A DNA stretch of 62,972 nucleotides, the filler included. It is 4 parts of 4 records of this genome, joined end to end, with 100 filler letters (N's around TTAATTAATTAA, not from the genome) between each part and the next. Parts side by side here need not be neighbours in the genome. Positions count along the whole stretch, not along the records: positions 44,409 to 57,380 come from SRR20825019_2103; positions 57,481 to 62,972 come from SRR20825019_2181; 2 more parts are not named here. One strand, given 5' to 3'. The position numbers and the translations under genes are program-made. Positions 54,553-62,972 of this stretch are shown one piece after another (positions within the stretch are counted from its first letter, which is position 1; each line of letters starts with the position of its first letter). The notes below the pieces were generated by a model, which ran no database searches, was not told the DNA's origin, and saw only the letters and a list, made by a program, of their open reading frames with translations.

Positions 54553-55065
54553 ATGAATGGTGAATATAAAATGAATCATGCGTGGAGATATACATTGATT
54601 TGCGGCATTGGTGGTGCATTAGTTGGATTTATAATGGCGCTTTTTGTTTTCCCTGGTTCGGCAACGGTTTTCGGATTGAGCGTTTTTCTTGGTGTTGGAT
54701 CAATGGCAAGATTGTATCATTATCGAAACATGAGAAAGACGGAAGTCGTGACGGGAAAAAAGTATAACGCTGCGGCAGTATTTGTTGGACTTTCATCACA
54801 TTTTACCTCTTTTCTTATTTTTTGTCTCTTGGAATCATTTGTTCCGAGCAATGGCAGTGATTTTAAGGGGATCGTTGATAATAGAATCGGTGAAACGCTT
54901 GGAATTGCATTCTTTCTCGGTGGATTTTCCATGGTGATCTTATTCTGGGTCTCAATTCCATTATACCTGTTGATGGGCTTTTTAATGAGAAAAATGGATC
55001 GTGTAGAATCAGCATTCGTTAATGAAATTATAGAAAGCCATTTGGATAACTCAGATTCATTATAG
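54553..55065 (+). CDS. Hypothetical 4-TM membrane protein, paralog B
   Basis: Shares MN-x-AWRYTL, FG-x-SVFLGVG, AAVFVGL-x-SHF-x-SFLIF, GETLG and FW-x-SIP-x-Y with paralog A. Confidence 0.8.
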   Translation: MNGEYKMNHAWRYTLICGIGGALVGFIMALFVFPGSATVFGLSVFLGVGSMARLYHYRNMRKTEVVTGKKYNAAAVFVGLSSHFTSFLIFCLLESFVPSNGSDFKGIVDNRIGETLGIAFFLGGFSMVILFWVSIPLYLLMGFLMRKMDRVESAFVNEIIESHLDNSDSL

Positions 55066-55201
55066 AAACATTGACCTTTGTGAAGGAATAATTTGCCCAA
55101 ATTGAAGCACAATTAATGTAACTTTTCCGCGTTTTCTGCGATATAATACGTTTGGGTATGGAATTTGATTCTGTCCTGCTATACATCAAAAGATACGCTG
55201 A

Positions 55202-57244
55202 ATGAAAATACTTTACATTGCTACATTCCTAACGTTGATCCACTCCTATTCTCACGCGCAAGGTGAGGATGAATCATGCATAGAACCTTCTAAGAAAACG
55301 TTGAAATTAATTTCGGCTGCCGTAAATGCTAAAGATGCGCAGACCGCCGTAACCAATTTTAATGCGGCAATGGAAGCCGAAGAAGACAACGCAATGGCCT
55401 ATTATGAATATGCAATGTATGCTTATAATAAGGCATTGGAATATTACGACGCAGATCCTAATCCAGCGAAAGGAGACCGAAGTTTCCAGAAAGCAGAAGA
55501 AATGTTTGAAGAAACATTGGATCGATGCAGTGATTATCACGCCAATTGTTCCTACTACTTGGGGGTTATCAATTACACGCAGAAGGACATCGATAAAGCG
55601 ATCAAATGGTTTAAGGAATTCAAAGCTTATAAAAACAGTGACACAAATAAGTATCCAGACGATTTCACTAAAAAACTCGCGGATGTAAACGAGGTACTTG
55701 CGGATCTCGAAAAGGATCAGAAGATTAAGAATGAATCGGTTCCATTCTCTCCACAAGTAGTGAAAAACGTAAGTTCTCCAAAGGATGAGTATTTCCCAAT
55801 GATTTCTCCGGACAATGAGCTAATGTTCTTTACGAGAAAACTAGATCGAAGAAACCTGGGGGATTTAAAAGGGAATATTGTCGAAGAATTCACGTTTTCG
55901 CAACGCCTCGACACAAAAATGTCCTTCGATGGTGGTATTCCGTTTACACATCCTTTCAACGATGGCTCGTTTCAGAGTTATGGAGCAGCAACACTTTCGG
56001 TGGATAATAAGGAAATGATTATTTGCGCGTGTAATCCAATCGAAGTTTCAGGTCAAAATTACATGAATTGCGACTTGTACAGAACAACCTACAAAAGAAA
56101 GGGAACAGGAGGAAATGATTACGAATGGACACCGCTCGAAAATATGGGGGAGGACATCAACGGAAAAGGAAGATGGGACGCTCAGCCTTCTCTTTCAGCC
56201 GATGGAAATACATTGTACTATACCGTAAATGGTCACGATACTCGCGACAACGATATTTTTGTTGTTCAACGAAATTCGGACGGATCTTGGGGGAAAGCCC
56301 GACCGTTTGATGAAATTAATACCGTTGGAAAAGACAAAAGTCCGTTTCTACATCAGGACAGCGAAACGCTTTATTTTGTTTCGGAAGTGAGCAAAGATCG
56401 CCCAGGAGTTGGTGGATTAGATATTTATTATATTCGAAATCAAAACGGGAAATGGTCCGAGCCAAAAAACATTGGTTATCCAATCAATACAGCCGATGAT
56501 GAATTAGGTCTTTTTGTTTCTATTGACGGAACTTTGGCCTATTATTCTTCCCGCGTTGGTGGAGATTGGAATATTTATTCATTTGAATTATACGAAGAAG
56601 CACGACCAAAGTCAGTCGCTATTTTGAAAGGCGAACTGAAGGATGAAAATGGAATGCCTGTTGAAGGTGCAACTATTGAGGTTTTGTATGAAGGATCGGA
56701 TGAGGTAACTCAAGTGAAGGTGAATGGCGATGACGGTAAGTACGCAACAATCATTAAAAAAGATACGCCAGGAGATGTAATGGTCACAGTGAAAAAGGAA
56801 GGGAATGCGTTCGATTCTAAGGTCATTGCAAAAGAAGATATCAAAAAAGAAACGGTTTCCATCAAGAACAACGATCTAAACGTGCGCGAATTGAAAGTCG
56901 GGGAGGCGTATACAATTAATGATATTCTTTATGCGTCAAGCTCTTCTGTGATGAATTCAAAAGCGAAGTTTATCCTAAAAGGATTTGCTCGTTTCTTGAA
57001 AGAAAATCCAACCATCAGTGTAGCTATCCAAGGACATACGGATGATGTTGGTGACGACGATGGAAATCTTCGACTTTCAGAAGAACGTGCTCAAGGTGTG
57101 AAGCAATACCTCGTTTCTCTTGGAATCGATGCGAAACGTCTAAAAGCAAAAGGCTACGGTGAAACAATGCCGAAAGTCGCGAATGATTCAGAAGTAAATC
57201 GCGCAAAAAACCGCCGTACAGATTTTGTAATCGAAGGGATGTAA
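55202..57244 (+). CDS. OmpA-family peptidoglycan-binding protein with TPR and PD40 repeats (PorE-like architecture)
   Basis: TPR-like N-terminus, PD40 motifs (PMISPDN, QPSLSADG, SPFLHQD, GGLDIY), OmpA C-terminus IQGHTD..NLRLSEERA..GYGE..NRRTDF. Confidence 0.92.
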   Translation: MKILYIATFLTLIHSYSHAQGEDESCIEPSKKTLKLISAAVNAKDAQTAVTNFNAAMEAEEDNAMAYYEYAMYAYNKALEYYDADPNPAKGDRSFQKAEEMFEETLDRCSDYHANCSYYLGVINYTQKDIDKAIKWFKEFKAYKNSDTNKYPDDFTKKLADVNEVLADLEKDQKIKNESVPFSPQVVKNVSSPKDEYFPMISPDNELMFFTRKLDRRNLGDLKGNIVEEFTFSQRLDTKMSFDGGIPFTHPFNDGSFQSYGAATLSVDNKEMIICACNPIEVSGQNYMNCDLYRTTYKRKGTGGNDYEWTPLENMGEDINGKGRWDAQPSLSADGNTLYYTVNGHDTRDNDIFVVQRNSDGSWGKARPFDEINTVGKDKSPFLHQDSETLYFVSEVSKDRPGVGGLDIYYIRNQNGKWSEPKNIGYPINTADDELGLFVSIDGTLAYYSSRVGGDWNIYSFELYEEARPKSVAILKGELKDENGMPVEGATIEVLYEGSDEVTQVKVNGDDGKYATIIKKDTPGDVMVTVKKEGNAFDSKVIAKEDIKKETVSIKNNDLNVRELKVGEAYTINDILYASSSSVMNSKAKFILKGFARFLKENPTISVAIQGHTDDVGDDDGNLRLSEERAQGVKQYLVSLGIDAKRLKAKGYGETMPKVANDSEVNRAKNRRTDFVIEGM

Positions 57245-57270
57245 TTGAAAGTGTTTTGAGTGTTAACGTT

Positions 57271-57380
57271 GTCACGGATTGCAAATCCGCACCAACTTCC
57301 CCTCCGAAAACTGAGCGGAGCCGAAGTAAAGGAGCCTCCAGTAGTCACGAATTTGTACGAAATGTAACGGGTAGTCGCGG
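57271..57380. repeat. Cluster of REP-like palindromic elements at contig end
   Basis: GTCACGGATTGCAAATCCGC (hairpin CGGATT-GCA-AATCCG, 57275-57289), ACTGAGCGGAGCCGAAGT (57310-57327), and GTAGTCACG / terminal GTAGTCGCGG, which look like starts of further copies. Confidence 0.55.
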
Positions 57381-57480
57381 NNNNNNNNNNNNNNNNNNNN
57401 NNNNNNNNNNNNNNNNNNNNNNNNTTAATTAATTAANNNNNNNNNNNNNNNNNNNNNNNNNNNNNNNNNNNNNNNNNNNN
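57381..57480. other. Artificial contig linker
   Basis: 44 N + TTAATTAATTAA + 44 N. Confidence 0.99.
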
Positions 57481-58682
57481 GCTGTCAAGTCCATGATTGT
57501 TCAGTAAGATCCCGCTCCCGGGCGCGGCCCTGGCGGTCGGCCCCGACGGCCCGGCGCAGCGGTTCGGTTCACTTGCCGCACCGCGTCCGCTGGGGCGCGG
57601 TGGCCCCGGCCCCGTAAGTAATCCGGGCCGCGCTCCCACTCCCGGCCGGTCAGTGCCCGCTGCGTGACGTGGCCCGTCACACGGTGAGAGTCAGGCAGCC
57701 ACGGACGACTCAGGTGCGGTCAGGGTGCTGCCGGAGGTCACGTGACCGGGTGTGACCGGGCCCCAGTGGCCGGACTGGTGACAGTGAAAGGGCAACCCTG
57801 ACCTGACCGCCAGCCGGTCACTCAATACGAGCTTCAACTGAACAGACACTCCGCCGGCCACGGCTGTCCGGAACCGTGAAGTGGCATCCGCCACCGAACG
57901 GTCCACGCGTTGCCATTCTGAGTAGTACGGTGACAGACTGCTGAGCCGATGCCGCCGTTCCGGCCGATCGACGGTCCTCACCGGTGAGCGGTCGCCCGGG
58001 GCGGGTCGCTGGCCGGCCGGGTGCCCGCGGGGTGGCCTCGGACCGCCGTGACCAGCCGTCCCGGGCCCCCTGGCAGGCCGAACCGGAACCCGACGCAATC
58101 AAGCCCCAGGCCAGGGTGGCGCGAAATTTTTGATTTGTATTCAAACTCGCCTCGATTGTCTCGCGATCGATCGTTGCTTGCGGTCAGGAGATGCCGAGGC
58201 CACTGTCCGGGTTGTTTCCGGAGGAGTCGGGTGGGGCCAACGCCCGGTCCCGTCGAAGAGCAACACTGATGTCGTCAACCACCACCCGCCGGGGCGCTGG
58301 AGTGAGAGACCCCCCCCCCGGCCGGGAGTCTCACTCCAGTCACTCGGCTGATCCCCCGGGCCACCACCGTCTCCTGCTCTGACCTGGCGTGTGCACCTCC
58401 TTCCCCGCCCCGCGCTGCCTGTCCACCAGCGCCAGCCTGACCAGCCGCCCCCATCTCAAGCCTCCCGATCCCTCACCGCCCTGCCGCGTCTCGATGCCCG
58501 CGTGCTCAACTTGCGCTAACACCGTGCCTCGTGAGGAGGTGTGCCTAGGCTTGGAGGCTGGCCAGTCTGTGCACGGCTCTCTCTGCCCCCGCCATCCTTC
58601 ACCCAATTGAAATATAGGTCCCTTCGTTGAGCAGTGCATCGCTTGTATGAGGAGTGGCGCTTGTGGCTGGTGCGGTACGAGC

Positions 58683-61600
58683 ATGAAGCCAGGTCGGAAC
58701 GCCGCCCTGGCAGTGGCCTTGTTATTATCCGTTGCGTGCGTGGCCGGCGTGCGCCTTCGAGGCAAAGACGCCCCCCCCGCAGAGACAGCTGTGCGCGCGC
58801 CCCCCTGGGCGGGCCCGCAGGTGGTATCGTTCACAGAGGTACGCCGTTCGGGTGGCGGGTTGGTGTTGTGCGTAGGTCGGAGGGGTTGACCCAGCGCCGC
58901 AGGCGATGGAGGACCCGGCGACGACGGACTGGAAGAAGGCCGTCCATGGGATGGTGCTGGCGATTAAAGACACGAGCCAGGGGGCCGAGGAGGTGCTCAA
59001 GATCATGAAGGGAGTGGTGGACAAGACCGCCGCGCACCCCACGCTGAAGGGCGCGAGGGTGGACATGCTGCTGGGGGACTGCCCCCTGAAGGACCGCGAT
59101 GACTTCCTCGGATGTGCCCTGGGCAACGTGCAGAACGCGCTGAGGGAGGTCGGCATCTTCGCCAAGTGCAAGGGCCTGAGCACCCCTGGCGGAGGGCCGG
59201 GTTATGGCGCAGAGGCGCCCGTGGCATGTGGACTGAGCGCGCTGGACTGCGGGCACGGGTCCCAGCTCGACGACAAGAAATGCAAGTGCCTATGCAAGGG
59301 CAATTGGGGAGGCGTCAAGTGAGTGGCCATCTGTTCTATCTTGAGGTGCCGCGGCGGGCTCTAACGGGGTGTGTGTGCCAACGTTGCAGGTGCATGAAGT
59401 GCCAGATTGACAAGTGCCAGAACGGCTCCAAGCTCAACGAGAAGACCTGCGAGTGTGATGGCTGCAAGGCCCCCTGGCAGGGGACGGTGTGCTCCGAGTG
59501 TGCCCTGCAGGACGAAGAGTGCAACAACGGCAAGGTCAACCCGGACGGCTCATGCCTGTGCCAGTGCGAGGACGGATGGGCCGGCGACCGGTGCGACAAG
59601 TGCGTGAGGACGGCCAAGATGTGCACGGAGCGCGGCCACGGGACCGCGATCGACACCGACAAGTGCGTTTGCAAGTGTGCCGAGGGGTGGAAGGGGGAGC
59701 CGTGGTGCGCCGCCTGCGCCCGCGACGACAGCTACTGCCAGCATGGCGGCAAGATCGACCTGGAGTCGTGCAAGTGCGACTGCAGCGACGTCGCGCCCTG
59801 GAGCGGCAGCCAGTGCGAAAAGTGCACGCGGGCCCAGAAGGACTGCGTGCACGGCAAGCTCAACCCCGAGACCTGCAAGTGCGACATTGACTGCCCCGCG
59901 CAGTACAAGGGGGATCTGTGCGGAACGTGTGACCTGGACGGCCTGACCGAGTGCAGCCACGGCTCCTGGCTGGATGAGGAAAAGTGCGCGTGCGTGGGCG
60001 GAGAGGATGCGGGCCGCAAGTGGACCGGCGTCTACAAGCGCCAGTGCAACCGCACGGCGAAGATGTGCCACCCCGTGGGTAAGGGTACCTTCAGTGAGAA
60101 GACATGCCGGTGCGAGGGATGCACCAAGGGCTGGTCCGGAGAGCTCTGCGACACGTGCGATCGCACCGACGCTGACTGCATGTCTATCGGCAACAAGGGC
60201 GGCCGCATCGACAAGGACACGTGCCTGTGCAAGGACTGCCCGTCCGGCTGGGGAGGCGACCTGTGCAAGAAGTGCACGCGGACGGCCGAGTCGTGTAAGA
60301 ACGGCGGCCAGTTCCGGAAGGACAAGTGCGATTGCGAGTGCGACGCCAAGCTGCGATGGACCGGTGACCTCTGCGAAAGTTGCGCTATGGAGGACGAGGA
60401 GTGCCGCAACGGCTCCAAGCTCTCCAAGGCGATGTGCAAGTGCGTCAACTGCAACGAGCCGTGGTCCGGCGACTTTGGCTGCACCAAGTGCACCATCACC
60501 GCCAAGGACTGCCAGCACGGCGGCCAGTTCGACGCGGCGATGTGCCGCTGTAAGCATTGCGAGGGCAACTGGGTGGGCTACAAGTGCCACCAGTGCTCCA
60601 TCAAGAAGGCCGAGGAGTGCGCCCACGGCACGCAGTTCGACAAGGCCAACTGCCGCTGCGTGTGCAACCAGTGGGTGCCGCCGCTGTGCGAGGAGTGCGG
60701 CCTCAAGGACGCCGACTGCGCCAAAGGCAAGGGCAAGCTCCGGAGTGACCCGAAGGCCGGCCAATGCGACTGCCTCAAGGACTGCCCCGCGGAGTGGAAG
60801 AAGGATGGAGACATCATGTGCGCGACCTGCGATGCCGCCGCGCTCAAGACCAAGTGCAAGCGGGGCGTCCCGGACAACGAGAAGTGCATTTGCACCAAGT
60901 GCAACAAGGCCGCGGACGGATCCTCGACCGGCGGCAAGTGGGAGGGGGAGTTCTGCGATGCATGCCCGGTGAAGGCGGACCAGTGCAAGAACGGCTCCAA
61001 GTTCAACAAGGACAAGTGCCTGTGCGAGTGTGTCGGCAACTGGGACAACAATTTCACCGCGTGGAAGGCGGAGGACGACAGCTCCAAGATGTGGTGCACC
61101 GCCTGCGCCCTCTCCAACGACGACTGCAACAAGGCCAACGGCGGCTCCGTCGACAAGAAGACGTGCACATGCAAGTGCGGCCAGAACTGGAAGGGCGCCA
61201 ACTGCGAGACTTGCGACCCCAACATGAAGTGCAAATGGTCCACCAAGAAGAAGGACAAGTGCGAGTGCGAGCCGATGCACCAGTGGGTCCAGGGCGGCGG
61301 GCCCGACAAGAACGACTTCTCCAATCCCGTGTGCACCCTGAAGGCCTCCGACTGCGCCCACTCCGACGACACCCTCGACCTGAAGAACTGCCGGTGTGTG
61401 TGCAAGGTCCGCGTCTCCGACCCCTCCAAGAATCCCACCTGCGCGACCTGCGCGGGCGTGCGTTGCAAGAACGGCGTGTGCCGGGGCGGCCGGTGCACGT
61501 GCAGAGGGGGATGGGGCGGATACAACTGCGACAAGCGGCGCTACGGGTGGAAGAGCTGCTGGGCGGGCGGTGACCCTCACATCAACACCTTCGATGGACA

Positions 61601-62972
61601 GATGATCAACTATTATTCCGTGGGCGAGTTCAAGTATTATTGGAACCCGGCTGACGGCATCAAGGTCAACACACTCTTCTGGAAGTCCAACTGGAAGACG
61701 GCCAACCTCCAGCACAGTGTCTCTGGCATCCGCGGCTACCCCTCCTACGTTAAGGGGTTCGCCTTTGAGTATGACGGTGCCGCGGTCGGCAACCGAAGGT
61801 GCGCCGGCAAGCCAAAGGGTTCGTGCGTGGTGCGATACGCTGTCAACATGGTGAACCGAAGGTACCAGTACTGCTTCTGCCAGGGCGCCGGGTGCAAGCC
61901 AGTGCATGTACCGTGGTACCGGGCCAGGACAGCGATGTGGCGGCTGTTGGGCCCTGCCAACATCCGGATGAACAACGCACACCAGATGTACTTCACCGAT
62001 ATCGACAACCTCCGGCTCCGCGGCTACCCCAACCGTATGGATGTGATCGGCCGCTTCACCAAGGACCGCCTGGATGGCATGTGCGGCACGTACTCGGACG
62101 GCAATCGTAACAACGACTGCGACGGCAAGAGGTGCCTCCCCATGACCCGCCATTGGAACTCGGGCATCCAGTACAAGTGGTTCAAGGAGAAGCTGCTGGT
62201 GAGCAAGGACGAGAGCCTGTTTGGCGCTTGCAACGCGGGCAATGTCTGGGGGCACGAGGTCCTGGGCTGGGACGTCAACAATCCGAAGAAGCTGCCCACT
62301 GCCCAGCAGATCCACTTGATGCAGACCAAGCGCCGCGCCCGCCTGCTTGACATGCAGCTGGAAGAAGAGGAAAGGGGAGACCAGGAGGAGTTGGACGAGC
62401 TCGCGGCGGCCGGCGGAGATGATGACAAGCCCCCGGCGGACATTTACTCATCGCTGGTGTGGCCAGGCGGAGAGAAGAACTGCATCTTGGCCCCCAAACG
62501 GGATGATGCCGGGAAGGCGATCGGGCTCAACCAGGACGCCCTGGATAAGTTTGGCTCGGACAAGGAGGGCGAGAAGAAGGTCACGGAGATCCGCCGCCTC
62601 GCGACGGCCGCGTGCGTGTTCAGCACCAAGACCGCGCGGACGGCCGGGATCAAGTCTGTCAAGGGCAGCAAGGTCTGCAAGAACAAGCTGGGCGGCAACC
62701 AGGCCGACCGCATCTCGGACGAGTGTGACAGCACCGAGGTGCCCAAATTCACTGACGACGAGCTCAAGGCCATGTGGAACTGCAAGGAGGACGCCTGCGC
62801 CACCGCCCGTAAGGGGGATGTTACGGAGATTGAAACTGTGATTCAGAAGTTCGCCGCGCAGCTGAGCACCGCCGTTCAGAAGAACGAGGCGATGGCTGAA
62901 CACGCCAAGAAGGAACAGGCGGCTGCCGGCGACGACGCTGACGGAGGTGACGCCAAGGCTGATGGAGGTGAC
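58683..62972 (+). CDS. Large secreted Cys-rich protein: about 20 EGF-like repeats followed by a von Willebrand factor type D domain; 3 exons, 3' truncated
   Basis: Exon 1 58683-58838 (signal peptide), intron 58839-58902, exon 2 58903-59318, intron 59319-59389 (GTGAGT..CTAAC..TGCAG), exon 3 from 59390 open to the window end (missed by the ORF track). Repeats C..C-x-NG..C-x-C..W-x-G-xx-C; VWD motifs SCWAGGDPHINTFDG and GMCGTYSDGNRNNDC. Confidence 0.88.

Noticed and set aside
59550-62315. 921-aa minus-strand ORF and other overlapping ORFs
   Set aside because: Antisense shadows of the high-GC3 Cys-rich gene on the + strand; no protein-like features of their own.

Overview
The window is not one genome. 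It is four unrelated contigs joined by artificial 100-nt linkers (44 N + TTAATTAATTAA + 44 N at 14208-14307, 44309-44408 and 57381-57480). (1) 1-14207 is a gene-dense microbial eukaryote with mostly 47-59-nt GT-AG introns. It encodes an 8-exon N-myristoyltransferase, a LIM-domain protein with a C-terminal SHOCT-like tail, a WD40 protein, a Sfi1-like Trp-repeat protein and two head-to-head secreted low-complexity proteins. (2) 14308-44308 is an AT-rich Flavobacteriaceae-type chromosome segment, mostly housekeeping: partial tRNA-Arg, apt, GS type III, purM, prfA, pyrF, icmF, fluC, DPP III, ilvE, mnmD, grpE, dnaJ. (3) 44409-57380 is a second Bacteroidota contig with a T9SS cargo, a sortilin/BNR protein, a GbsR-type regulator operon, an OmpA/PD40 protein and two orphans at the left end. 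(4) 57481-62972 is a GC-rich eukaryotic contig with a large secreted EGF-like-repeat + VWD protein that runs off the end. The best candidate for an undescribed system is an accessory module between purM and prfA: an internally duplicated helical orphan gene (19925-20629) with an upstream array of nine degenerate 21-bp tandem repeats (20824-21012). The second is an unannotated leader-peptide attenuator (MKFRSYSNLTTQVISKRKCRRCMY with mutually exclusive terminator/antiterminator) in front of an MFS transporter. All family assignments are from motif recognition by eye; no searches were run.
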